Positions 39,196 to 48,605 are shown, counted from the stretch's first letter. The stretch: 64,000 nucleotides of DNA from an uncultured Ignavibacteriales bacterium (GCA_964618515.1 CAZUAS010000001.1:9966-73965); one strand, 5' to 3'. Numbers and translations are program-made. Notes: generated by a model from the letters alone, not told the origin.

Positions 39196-40437
39196 TCAAA
39201 AAAGAAAAATAACGGGTACATGCAGCAGCGCCCAGAGACCATAACGCCACCCGGTTGCGGTACGCGCTTCCCGGGCGAGGAAACCGAAATATACTCCCTT
39301 CATGATTGTATTACTCATCATCGAAATGATAATTGCCATAACCATCAGGTTCTGAGGATGGAGCGGTTTATTTACCAGCGACAGAATAAAAGGGTCGATA
39401 TCGGTTACTCCGACAAGCGCGGAAAGCACCACCAAACCGGTATTGCCGTAAAACTGTTGAATGAAAACTGTAGCCACCGACAGGAGTACGAACAGAACAG
39501 CAAAAATAAGAGCTGGTTTCAATTCAAACGGGTTGGGCGGGGCCTGAACGAATGTCCGGGGGATATCCTTTTTTATTGTCTTAAAACGTACCGATAATAC
39601 GAGCCCCACTACCGACAGCAGGACCAGTTGCAGCCAGAGCCAGGACACCACTTCCGGATTGATTATCCACACCAAAACCAGAATCCTCAGGTACATGACA
39701 CTGCCGGCCAGGATCGAGGCCTGCAAAGCGTTGAAACTCTGCTGGGGCGATTTTTGGGCTATCCGTCCGGCGGTCACACTCACCGCCGTGCTGGAAACGA
39801 TGCCACCCAGCAGACCCGACAGCCACAAACCCACCCGGCTGCCGAATTTTTTAGAAAGGAAATATCCCCCAAAGCCGACCGCCGAAACCAGCACCACAAT
39901 CTGCCAGATTTGCCGGGGATTAAGACTGAACTGGGTGTATTCCTGGTCAGGCAGAACAGGCATGATTATCAAGGTGATCAACAGGAACTTGATAACCGCC
40001 AAAAACTCCGCTTTATCCAGACTTTCCACATATTTTTCTATCTTGGCTTTTTCCGAAAGAAGGAACGTGCCGACAATACCCAGCGCCAGAGGCACCCAGA
40101 TATCGGCTAAAAGGCAGAGCGCCCCGGTTATAAACGTCAGTATGGCCGCCACCTCGCTGGTCCAGCCGACATGCCCCTCCTTGAGCTTGGCCAGGTAACC
40201 GATTACCGCCAGCGAGCTGATAGAAATCATCCCCACCGGCAGGACCCAGGGTACCCCGACATGAAACAACCAGGCGCATCCGAATCCGAACACGCCTATC
40301 AAAGAATAGGTTCTTACCCCGGCAAAAACCCGCCCTTTGGTCAGATGACCGGAACTTTCGCGTTCTAGGCCGACCAGGAAGGCAATCCCCAATGCTATAA
40401 AAAACCGCAGATAAAGCGGCAACTGGATATCTTCCAT
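39196..40437 (-). CDS. MgtC/SapB-family membrane protein with DUF4010-like C-terminal half
   Basis: 413-aa polytopic protein with N-terminal GLERE...AGVRTY MgtC signature. Confidence 0.75.
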   Translation of the reverse strand: MEDIQLPLYLRFFIALGIAFLVGLERESSGHLTKGRVFAGVRTYSLIGVFGFGCAWLFHVGVPWVLPVGMISISSLAVIGYLAKLKEGHVGWTSEVAAILTFITGALCLLADIWVPLALGIVGTFLLSEKAKIEKYVESLDKAEFLAVIKFLLITLIIMPVLPDQEYTQFSLNPRQIWQIVVLVSAVGFGGYFLSKKFGSRVGLWLSGLLGGIVSSTAVSVTAGRIAQKSPQQSFNALQASILAGSVMYLRILVLVWIINPEVVSWLWLQLVLLSVVGLVLSVRFKTIKKDIPRTFVQAPPNPFELKPALIFAVLFVLLSVATVFIQQFYGNTGLVVLSALVGVTDIDPFILSLVNKPLHPQNLMVMAIIISMMSNTIMKGVYFGFLAREARTATGWRYGLWALLHVPVIFLF

Positions 40438-40782
40438 TTGTTATCCTCTGACAAAAACTCGGTTCAATCAGGAACGAATAAAGCTAAAGGGGTTCAAATT
40501 TATTGGCAAGTTTTTTTAAATCTGCGGATTTCTTAAAAAGAACCGTCCGTGACAATTTTTTTTAGATTCTCGATATCCGGCTCATGTCAAAATCGTCACG
40601 AACGGCTCTTCTCTAACCTTATTTACGGGCAGGATGCCAGAGAAACATGAGTCAGATACCGGCACTGTCGGTGTCAGCCTGGTCAGAGTTATAAGATGAA
40701 GGACAGTTGTCAAAGACATTAACATACTTATCGTTACCTTCATCAGCATGATCGTGAATATATAACTAAAGGCATTTATTAA

Positions 40783-41070
40783 CAGTACCGCCCGGATTTC
40801 TATCTGCCGGATTACAATCTTTTTCTTGAAATCTGCGGCTACGGTCATATGCCCCATTACCGTGAACGCATCGCTTTCAAAAAACGGTTGTATCGAAAAA
40901 ACGACCTGCGCGTCGTTTTCATAAGCTATAACGGCCACGGCTCCCTGGAACAAAAAATCCGAAAGGAGCTGGAATTTTTTATAAATAAAACGAAATCATC
41001 TAAGAGTCAAGACAGGCACGAACCCTATCAACCATCTTCGGTACCAGTAAATCACGATTCTCGCGGGTAA
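40783..41070 (+). pseudogene. remnant of a PD-(D/E)XK-type nuclease-like gene
   Basis: The frame opens directly after a TAA and reads QYRPDFYLPDYNLFLEICGYG...LRVVFISY (a Y-x-PDF...E-x-x-G core). Upstream frames are broken by stops. The 3' end overlaps the convergent NTPase gene. Confidence 0.3.
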
Positions 41071-41548
41071 TCTCGTAAAGGTCAACATCCGCTCTTTTTT
41101 TTACTTCAGCTATGAATCCCCCGCCCTTCAAAGCGATGGTGGCGATAACCAGCCGGTCCGAAGCCAGTGCCTTGTCCAAAAGACGGATAAATTTATCCGA
41201 GAAGCATTCCATTTTCCCGATTTCATCAATTACCAGAATTCTGTTCCGGGCGTCATTCAGGTCAAGCTTTTCGAGAAATTTTTCAAAACCCCTTACATCG
41301 ACGCCATACCTGCCCACCCGGAACGAACTTGCCACAGCCACTCCCGCCAGTACCCCCCGTCCGCCTTGCAACCCTTCCAGGGTAAAACCCTTTCGCACGC
41401 CGCCTTTCCTCATTTCCTCGGTATAAAAACCAACCGGGCTGTAAGGCGTCAATAGTCCGCAGATTTTTTTAATTAAAGTCGTCTTACCTACGCCCGGCAC
41501 TCCGGTAATGAGGATATTTTTTTTCATTTGTTCGTTTCTGCACTTCAT
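41000..41548 (-). CDS. THEP1-type nucleoside-triphosphatase
   Basis: ITGVPGVGKTT, GFYTEE and VIDEIGKME motifs; 182 aa. Confidence 0.8.
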   Translation of the reverse strand: MKCRNEQMKKNILITGVPGVGKTTLIKKICGLLTPYSPVGFYTEEMRKGGVRKGFTLEGLQGGRGVLAGVAVASSFRVGRYGVDVRGFEKFLEKLDLNDARNRILVIDEIGKMECFSDKFIRLLDKALASDRLVIATIALKGGGFIAEVKKRADVDLYEITRENRDLLVPKMVDRVRACLDS

Positions 41549-41988
41549 TTATTGAAAACTATACTTGGCTGCCGGTATTAAAATAATATAATTATTCACC
41601 GGTGCGACAAGAACAAAATGGTGCTGGTCTCGCCATCCCCGTTCAATCCGATATAATTAAACAACAGCTGTTAAATTATTCCCATTGTAATAAATGACCT
41701 GATAAGTCCCTAATACAAACCCGTTAATTTAGTTATCATTCATTAACCTGTTTAAGCCATTTTTTTTATCGAAGTATCAATCCGTAAAAAACCGTCGCAC
41801 TGATAATTTTTTTATTTGGATAAAATTAACTAAACATTATATTAAAAATAACTTGAACTCTTTATCTACATAATAGGGGATTTGATTTTTATGTAGGTTC
41901 ACTTTATAACCATCAAACAACAGGAGGATCGGCAACAACAAAAAAGCTAATACTATTATTATTAACCTCACAGATGAAGGGAATTTGC

Positions 41989-42858
41989 ATGAAAAAATTA
42001 TTTATATCGCTGTTTCTGTGCGGTATAATCCTTTCGATGTTCGGCTGCAGCGATAATGCGAACATCACCGATTCAAAAAGCTCGATTGTCATGACCGAGC
42101 GTCCGCAATATATTGAAACCCGTCCCCAGGCAGTCGTTGAAAATTACACCCTGAAAACCACGATGGCGGTTTACAAGAAGCCGACACCGCCCCCACCGGA
42201 TACCAACAATGTTGACCCCAATCCCAACCCGGCGCATAAATATGCCTACGTGGTGGGTATTTCCGATTACGAGGGCACGGCCAATGACCTGCAGTACTGC
42301 GACGATGATGCCGTGGAAATGAAAGCCATGCTCCAGGGTGAAGGTTTCACCGTGCGCATGGATCTCGACCGTAACGCCACCGCCGACGCCATTACCGCCG
42401 GACTGCAATGGCTTATCGACCAGGCTGTACCCGGTGATGAAATCGCATTCTGCTATTCCGGTCACGGTACCAAGTACACCACCTATGGTTCCTGCATCAT
42501 CTCGACCGACCTGTATCTACTGACCCATGGCTACGTCATGCAGTATTTCAATGCCGTCAACTGCACCAAGAAACTGATGACTCTGGACGCCTGCGTCGTG
42601 GGTGATTTCCATACTGACGCCGTGAATGGAACGATGCTGGCCACCGCCTCCACCAACACCAGTTCATACGATGTCCCGGCTTTCGAAAACGGCGCCTGGA
42701 CCTACTTTTTCCTGGAAGCCGTTAACGAACAGAATCTAATATACGCCGAAGATTGCGCCACCTATGCCGAAACCGAGATGAAAGCCTGGGCTAAACCCCT
42801 ACGTTTAAGAGTCAGCCCGGCCCATACCGACAAATACATTGGCAAGTTTGATATATAA
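41989..42858 (+). CDS. caspase-fold (peptidase C14-like) lipoprotein
   Basis: MKKLFISLFLCGIILSMFGC lipobox. His/Cys dyad contexts FCYSGHGT and TLDACVVG. ATG 41989 is preferred to 41974. Confidence 0.75.
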   Translation: MKKLFISLFLCGIILSMFGCSDNANITDSKSSIVMTERPQYIETRPQAVVENYTLKTTMAVYKKPTPPPPDTNNVDPNPNPAHKYAYVVGISDYEGTANDLQYCDDDAVEMKAMLQGEGFTVRMDLDRNATADAITAGLQWLIDQAVPGDEIAFCYSGHGTKYTTYGSCIISTDLYLLTHGYVMQYFNAVNCTKKLMTLDACVVGDFHTDAVNGTMLATASTNTSSYDVPAFENGAWTYFFLEAVNEQNLIYAEDCATYAETEMKAWAKPLRLRVSPAHTDKYIGKFDI

Positions 42859-42869
42859 TAAATTTTTTT

Positions 42870-42901
42870 AAAAACCCCGCTTTTAAACAGCGGGGTTTTT
42901 T
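42870..42901. terminator. bidirectional intrinsic terminator
   Basis: CCCCGC-N9-GCGGGG stem flanked by an A run and a T run, between convergent genes. Confidence 0.75.
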
Positions 42902-44093
42902 ATTTTCCATCAGACCCCGATTGGAAAAGAAGCTGCCGACGGCCGTCGCCGTACACCCGGTAAAACCGGCCATCATGCCAGAGAAGCGCCTGGAAGGAAC
43001 CGATTGTTTCAAGGGGAACATCAACCGCTACTATCCTGTTATCAAAAAGACCCATCACACTGTCCACCTCGCTGTGCCCGACTACGATTGTCCGGGCATC
43101 GAAGGAAGCCAGCACCCGGTCGATTTCATCCGGCATTATCCGGGGATACTTATCTTCCATGGCATAATGATATCCGCGATACCACAGCGGTCCCATACTT
43201 CCGAATATGAAATTAACCGTGTCATTAAACGCCATACCCGAAGAACGCATGTCAATCCCGCGACGGACAATTTCATTTATCCCGGCAATTGTTCCGCAAA
43301 ATTGCAGAGCAACGGGATTAAGACCGCCATGCACAAAAATAATCTCGTTTATTTTTATAACCGTCGGCTTTGAACGCAACCATCGACCCAGCTCCATCTC
43401 CGGGCTGAACAGATCCTCGTATCTTATGCGCCATCTCTTGACAACACCTTCCAGGTACTTTTCATGTACATATCTTATATCACCGCGTAAAATCATCAAC
43501 TCGTGATTACCCAGAAGATAATGAACTTTCCCCCCGGCTCGGTCAGCCTCCTGCTCCAGCCGATAAATGAACCAGAGACACTCAGTCACCCTGTCGCCCC
43601 GGTCAAAAATATCACCGTCTATTACCAGGTGGCCCGCACCCCAGGTCCAGTGCCCGCGACTGTCGATAACACCGCTGTTGGCCAGAATATCAACCAGGTA
43701 ATCGTATTCACCATGAATATCGCTGATGACAAATATTTTTGAGACGTCGTCGAAGATACACGTTTCATTGATAATCATATTTACGGGAATGACATATTCC
43801 ACCATGGTATCCCGGCAAAAGCCGCGGAACCGCAAAGTATCCCTTAAAGTATAATTTCTCTTGTCAGTTTCACCGTTACAATGATAAAATACAATCGCTG
43901 AAGAATCACTTCTCCAGAACACGTGCGGGCCGTCATCAAGAGCCGATTCTCCCCCGGTTGTGTCTTTCGCAATGACCACAGCCGTGGCTGTAGAGCCGGT
44001 CGCCTGGGCAAAAACCGGTAGCGCCGAGCCGAGTATCAAAATCAGCCCGAAAATAATCAGGCCAGCATTTTTTTTTATTATATATTCTCCCAT
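42900..44093 (-). CDS. secreted PPP-family metallophosphoesterase (Shelph-like Ser/Thr phosphatase)
   Basis: Signal peptide plus DIHGEYD, GDIFDRGD, GNHE and VVGHS motifs. Confidence 0.8.
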   Translation of the reverse strand: MGEYIIKKNAGLIIFGLILILGSALPVFAQATGSTATAVVIAKDTTGGESALDDGPHVFWRSDSSAIVFYHCNGETDKRNYTLRDTLRFRGFCRDTMVEYVIPVNMIINETCIFDDVSKIFVISDIHGEYDYLVDILANSGVIDSRGHWTWGAGHLVIDGDIFDRGDRVTECLWFIYRLEQEADRAGGKVHYLLGNHELMILRGDIRYVHEKYLEGVVKRWRIRYEDLFSPEMELGRWLRSKPTVIKINEIIFVHGGLNPVALQFCGTIAGINEIVRRGIDMRSSGMAFNDTVNFIFGSMGPLWYRGYHYAMEDKYPRIMPDEIDRVLASFDARTIVVGHSEVDSVMGLFDNRIVAVDVPLETIGSFQALLWHDGRFYRVYGDGRRQLLFQSGSDGK

Positions 44094-44097
44094 AATC

Positions 44098-45777
44098 TTA
44101 TTCCGGTTTTTTCGGAACTACCATAATCGATTTCTCCCGCTCCACCATTACCAGTCCCGGTTTGGCTTTTTTGGGTTTACGGACATATTTCCGCTCGGTG
44201 TATACAACCGGCACCAGGGAATCGTTTCTGGCTTTGCTGTGAAAAGCGGCTATGGCCGCTGTTTCCTCGATTTCCCGCTTCGAGGGCTCGAATGATTTAT
44301 TCGGATATTTCATTACCACATGCGAACCGGGGCACTGCTGGGTATGAAACCATAATTCGTAAGGCTTCGCATAATCAAACGTAGTGCGGTCGTTATCCGA
44401 ACCATCGCGCCCCACAAATATCGTCAAACCGGTGGAAAGCTGATATTCCTTATAAGGCAGGCGCGGGGCGGTTACTTCGCGAGCTCCGGCTTTCGGCAGT
44501 AATGAATTTATTTCGCTTCGATATCGCTCCCGCGCCAGGTTAAAATTAAACTCCAGGTCGGTCAGGATTTTCAGAATTTCCTCGTATTCATTCTGCGTAA
44601 TCTCCAGCCGCCGCTTTAAAAGTTCCCCTCCCTCACGACCCTTGCGAAATTTCTTGAAATAACTCTCGATATTTTCCTGGGGCGACAGGGCTCTGTCCAA
44701 TTCTATCCTCAGCGGCTTATGAGGCTCGCTGAAGACGTCCTTAACCGTCACTTCCGTCATCCCCTTTCGTAAAGTATCCATATTTATTTTCAGCAGTTCA
44801 CCCATCTTGCGATAAATTTCATAACTGCCCGCTTCTTTCAAGTCCTGCTCGAGTTTGAGAAGGCGTTTCTGCAACCGCCGGGCCGCCTGTTCGACCACTT
44901 TTATTATCTTCTTTTCTTCGTCGGCTTCTTCCACCGAGACCTGGCGATGACTCGCCATCGCCATCACCGCCAGCGACAAAGTCTTGAACTTCTCCGGCTC
45001 ACCATCAACACTTTTTAACCTGAACGGATATACTTCCGGGGAATGCCGCACCTCATAAAGATAACCCGGCGATACACCGTCAAAGTGCCCGGCTACCCCT
45101 CTTACCTCCTCTGCCAGTATCTCCAGCGCCCGGCTGTCAAAACTTCTGATGTCGGCCTGGTCCAGCCCGGTTCGCCTGGCTGTCTCCACCGCTAATGTCC
45201 GATTGAAGCCGAGGATATTCTTTTCCAACAGAATCGCCGTTGTCATCGGCTTGTCACTTTTATTGATTATTTTTTCAAGCCCGCTTGATGTTACCTTGAA
45301 AGGATTCAAACCCTCCAGGGGCGGTGGCGGTTGATACCGGTCACCCGCGGTGTATTTCCGATTACGAAGCGTGGCCTGTAATATACTGCTTTCATCCGTC
45401 AGCCAGATATTACCGTTTACCCCCAGCGCCTCGAAAATAACCGTCTGCCTCCTGCCGTCTTTGAGCGTGCTCATTTTCACCAGACGGTCGAAACCCCACT
45501 GCTCGAAAGCCGTAACTCCCGACCCGTCAAGACCGAAAATTGGCCAAGGTTTTTCACGGGTCTTTATATCTACTTTAGACGCCGGGACATAATAAAAACC
45601 AAAACCGGCCGGATGATAACTGAATACCAGCGCCATCAGCGACTTGCCTTTTATCTTTAAGTAAAAATAAGCCGTCCGCTCCTTTTTATAAAAGGCGGTA
45701 TTTACAATAATGGCGCTGTCAACCCGCTCGGCTGTTAACTCCGCAACCAGGTTTTTTATGTGAAGGGCAGTCTGCAT
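44098..45777 (-). CDS. rqcH: NFACT-family ribosome quality control protein (RqcH/FbpA-like)
   Basis: 559 aa with an NFACT-N region, a coiled-coil middle and a C-terminal NFACT-R/DUF814 (WFHTQQCPGSHVV). Confidence 0.8.
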   Translation of the reverse strand: MQTALHIKNLVAELTAERVDSAIIVNTAFYKKERTAYFYLKIKGKSLMALVFSYHPAGFGFYYVPASKVDIKTREKPWPIFGLDGSGVTAFEQWGFDRLVKMSTLKDGRRQTVIFEALGVNGNIWLTDESSILQATLRNRKYTAGDRYQPPPPLEGLNPFKVTSSGLEKIINKSDKPMTTAILLEKNILGFNRTLAVETARRTGLDQADIRSFDSRALEILAEEVRGVAGHFDGVSPGYLYEVRHSPEVYPFRLKSVDGEPEKFKTLSLAVMAMASHRQVSVEEADEEKKIIKVVEQAARRLQKRLLKLEQDLKEAGSYEIYRKMGELLKINMDTLRKGMTEVTVKDVFSEPHKPLRIELDRALSPQENIESYFKKFRKGREGGELLKRRLEITQNEYEEILKILTDLEFNFNLARERYRSEINSLLPKAGAREVTAPRLPYKEYQLSTGLTIFVGRDGSDNDRTTFDYAKPYELWFHTQQCPGSHVVMKYPNKSFEPSKREIEETAAIAAFHSKARNDSLVPVVYTERKYVRKPKKAKPGLVMVEREKSIMVVPKKPE

Positions 45778-45783
45778 GGCTGT

Positions 45784-45812
45784 ATTATAGGTAACTTTAT
45801 GTTACAAAACAA
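45784..45812 (-). promoter_or_regulatory. candidate promoter of rqcH (possibly a leaderless transcript)
   Basis: On the minus strand: TTGTTT, 17 nt, TATAAT. Only 6 nt separate the -10 from the ATG at 45777. Confidence 0.35.
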
Positions 45813-45983
45813 GTTTTCCTAACAATAAATTTTTGTTTTTTGCTGTCATCTTATAAAAAGGGGGGAACTTATATTTCTGAATAATGTTACAGTCTTAACC
45901 ACCCTGAGGGGGCTGGGGTGGTAAATTACATCAGGCTATCATCAGGGAAAGACCTCGGATTAGACAACTCGGGAATTAAAAAA

Positions 45984-46010
45984 AGCGGAGCCAGGACGGC
46001 TCCGCTTTTT
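45984..46010. terminator. orphan bidirectional terminator-like hairpin
   Basis: 8-bp stem GCGGAGCC/GGCTCCGC with a 5-nt loop, flanked by A7 and T6. No annotated gene ends next to it. Confidence 0.55.
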
Positions 46011-46078
46011 TACTTCTTCCAATTTATATTGTTTTATTTTCCCATGAATAATTTGAAAATTACCGATTTAAAAAACAT

Positions 46079-46539
46079 ATGTCTGTACCAACAATTCGCA
46101 AAGCTGTTGCGAACGATATCAAAGCCTTCAGTCACTTAAACTACACTTTCCATGAATTCCACGTTGCCGGTGTCCCTGACCGCCTTGTCACTTCAGGCTC
46201 CATCGAAAAATTCGATTGCTCGCAACTTATCACCGAATTGAAAAAAATCTTCGAAAATCCTGATGCCAAAATTTTCGTTGCCGATATGGATGACCATATT
46301 ATCAGCCCGGCGGAAATCTATCTACGCGAAGACGAATCTAACCCTTAACGGGTCGCTTACGCTACGGCCACCTTCAAAGTCTCATGGTAAGACCTGAATA
46401 CCGGGGACGTAATATCGGCAAACTTCTGGTTACCACAGCCGAAGATTGGGCACAAAAAAAAGGCGCCATCGAAATCCGGCTCGATACCTGGGACTTTAAA
46501 AGCGATCCGATAAAATTCTATGAAAAATGTGGCTACTGA
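46079..46539 (+). pseudogene. GNAT acetyltransferase disrupted by a 1-nt frameshift near 46342-46346
   Basis: The N-terminal half (track ORF 46079-46348) stops at TAA. The -1 frame continues LTGRLRYGHLQSLMVRPEYRGRNIGKLL...FYEKCGY* (the acetyl-CoA motif A) to TGA 46537-46539. Confidence 0.65.
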
Positions 46540-46587
46540 ACCATTCGCCGTAAAATGGTACACCCGTTCAAATAATATCCACCGGCC

Positions 46588-47061
46588 TTACTTCCCGCCG
46601 AACATTATTCCAAGTAGTATCCTGAAATCCGGAATATCGCCAACACCAAACCTGGCCTCCAGATTGTAAAAACCAGTATTTTTCATAGGCAAGCGTAACC
46701 CGGCGGTAATAGTGGCACCTATTTCCGTATCCGACCCTCCATGCTCGGCATCCCAGTAGGTCAAAGTCGGTCCTGCGGCGGCATAAAAAGCGAAAGAAGA
46801 ATTCGGTGGTTTTAACAGCATGAGAATATCGGCATTGAACGTGAACGTGCTTACATTATCACCGGTGCCGTAATCGATACTGGGGGCAAACCGGGCGACT
46901 TTAAGAAATTCCCCCATCAGCGCCTGGGCGCCAATCACAAACTGGTCGGGATTACTGCCATAACCGGCTCGAATACCATACCCGTTGGAACCGGCAAACG
47001 CCGACATTGTCCCGAATAAAAAGAAACACGCCAGTATTAATAACGGAAATGCCTTTTTCAT
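46588..47061 (-). CDS. small outer-membrane beta-barrel protein (OmpW/OMP_b-brl-like)
   Basis: Signal peptide ...MSAFA, alternating amphipathic strands and a C-terminal aromatic-rich strand. Confidence 0.7.
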   Translation of the reverse strand: MKKAFPLLILACFFLFGTMSAFAGSNGYGIRAGYGSNPDQFVIGAQALMGEFLKVARFAPSIDYGTGDNVSTFTFNADILMLLKPPNSSFAFYAAAGPTLTYWDAEHGGSDTEIGATITAGLRLPMKNTGFYNLEARFGVGDIPDFRILLGIMFGGK

Positions 47062-47310
47062 GGATTAAATCCTTTCCTTTGCCACCCTTTTTTTGAGTGA
47101 CCGTTTCGAAGCGATTGCTCCCCTTTAAAACGAATCACCCCGGTTAAAAACGATTACACATCATTATAATATATTTATTATATGACAGAATAAAGCCAAA
47201 GTAAAGGAAATATTACAAAAAATTCGTTGCTTTAAGAGCCCGTTAATTAACGTCGTCTGTTCAAACAGGGCGTAATCCTTTAGTAGTTGTACCTGTTTTT
47301 TTCATTTGTA

Positions 47311-47345
47311 AAAAAAACAGGCGGAACCGCACAAGGATTCCGCCT
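47311..47345 (-). terminator. intrinsic terminator (second of a tandem pair)
   Basis: Stem AGGCGGAA/TTCCGCCT followed by 8 T on the minus strand. Confidence 0.6.
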
Positions 47346-47372
47346 AATAAAGACTATTATTTATGCATTGCA

Positions 47373-47408
47373 TAAAAAAACTGACCCGGCTTTGGTAAAC
47401 CGGGTCAG
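47373..47408 (-). terminator. intrinsic terminator after the DUF4397 gene
   Basis: 9-bp stem CTGACCCGG/CCGGGTCAG followed by 8 T on the minus strand. Confidence 0.75.
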
Positions 47409-47416
47409 ATCAGCAT

Positions 47417-48100
47417 TTAGTTGTTCACTATTATCTGCGCTCCCAGAGCCTGTGCACCGGTGCCGCCGAGGAAACCCTTGGCCCAGACAGTGTAGATCTT
47501 ACCGGCCGTAAGCGAAATATCATTCAGCTCCAATACAACACTGGTATTGGTGGCCGCATCGCGAACCTGAAGGTCATATATCCCGGCATCAAGTGGGGTG
47601 AAATCAGAAGCCTGCTTGAAAGCCTTATTTCCAAAAACAATTGTTCCATCGGTAAGCGTTATATTAACAGCCGGGGCATTGGGTGATAGATGCACGAAAC
47701 GCACATGCGCTTTACCGGCCGCCGGGGCTGACAAATTGTCAGTCAACACGACAGTAGAAATATTACTGACCGAATCAACCGCAAAAACAGTGTAGTTTGT
47801 TCCCGTGGTTAAAGCCAGATCGGCATTGATAACCGTAGTACTTGTTCCGCTGACATTTACCTTCACATTGCGGTTTCCTGCGTTAACGGACAAATACGAA
47901 GTGTTGTCGGGGAAAGACAATCCCGAACCGGCAACAGTATTATCCACCAGCAAATCGACCGCGGGAGCATCGGGGGAGGCATGCACCACCATGACATTGG
48001 CCGTGTTTTTCGCGGCAACCGGATTATTATCGTCACTGCACGACGTTAACACCAACGGTAGAACCATCAGTATTCCAAAAACCATCATCTTTTTCATCAT
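47417..48100 (-). CDS. DUF4397-repeat lipoprotein
   Basis: MMKKMMVFGILMVLPLVLTSC lipobox after AGGAG. Repeated V(V/F)HASPDAPAVD / VHLSPNAPAVN units. The track start at 48208 is judged too long. Confidence 0.75.
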   Translation of the reverse strand: MMKKMMVFGILMVLPLVLTSCSDDNNPVAAKNTANVMVVHASPDAPAVDLLVDNTVAGSGLSFPDNTSYLSVNAGNRNVKVNVSGTSTTVINADLALTTGTNYTVFAVDSVSNISTVVLTDNLSAPAAGKAHVRFVHLSPNAPAVNITLTDGTIVFGNKAFKQASDFTPLDAGIYDLQVRDAATNTSVVLELNDISLTAGKIYTVWAKGFLGGTGAQALGAQIIVNN

Positions 48101-48208
48101 TTTAATTCTCCTTTTTTTATCATCATTTTTTATTACTTTTTGGTTGTCCCGGGTGGCCATGTTCTTTTCCAAAAATAACATTCTCCTCAGGCCACCCCTG
48201 AATATCAA

Positions 48209-48418
48209 TTAATCATTGACCCAGCGCTGTTGAATGGCTTTCCATTGAATCAACTGGTACAAAGCGGCTAAGCCTACCACCACATATACTATTCTGCTTA
48301 ATATGGTGGCATCGCCGAGAAGTTTCGCGACCAGGTCAAAATGCAACAACCCGACCAGGCCCCAGTTAAGACCGCCCACTATTAAAAGAACGGCTACGAT
48401 GACATCGAGTGACTTCAT
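48209..48418 (-). CDS. DUF378-family small membrane protein
   Basis: 69 aa with two TM helices and a GGLNWGLVG motif. AAGGAG lies 8 nt upstream of the ATG. Confidence 0.75.
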   Translation of the reverse strand: MKSLDVIVAVLLIVGGLNWGLVGLLHFDLVAKLLGDATILSRIVYVVVGLAALYQLIQWKAIQQRWVND

Positions 48419-48603
48419 GACATATTCTCCTTTTTTGTTTTGACGATTTCGCTTGCCATAAGCTCATGCCTTTCGGCCAACGAATCTATCTGTTTAATAT
48501 TTAATGCTTGTCTAACTATTGTCTTCATATTGACTAATAAAACCGAATTGTTGCCAATAAGTTCCCAATTTTTGAAAAATTTTTTAAATTTCTTATAACT
48601 CAA
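48415..48603 (-). CDS. hypothetical 62-aa ORF (doubtful)
   Basis: TTG start with no SD and an AT-rich, Lys/Phe/Asn-biased sequence. Only the 4-nt overlap with the DUF378 gene speaks for it. Confidence 0.25.
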   Translation of the reverse strand: MSYKKFKKFFKNWELIGNNSVLLVNMKTIVRQALNIKQIDSLAERHELMASEIVKTKKENMS

Positions 48604-48605
48604 TA

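Noticed and set aside
40582-40953. 123-aa minus-strand track ORF
   Set aside because: It has no SD and no recognisable domain, and it is antisense to a region with clearer (though degraded) nuclease-like coding signal on the plus strand.
46340-46348. Programmed -1 ribosomal frameshift in the GNAT gene
   Set aside because: There is no X-XXY-YYZ slippery heptamer and no downstream stem-loop or pseudoknot. The shift window is a CCC/TT tract, consistent with a simple indel.
46357-46563. 68-aa minus-strand track ORF
   Set aside because: It is antisense to the conserved acetyl-CoA-binding half of the frameshifted GNAT.
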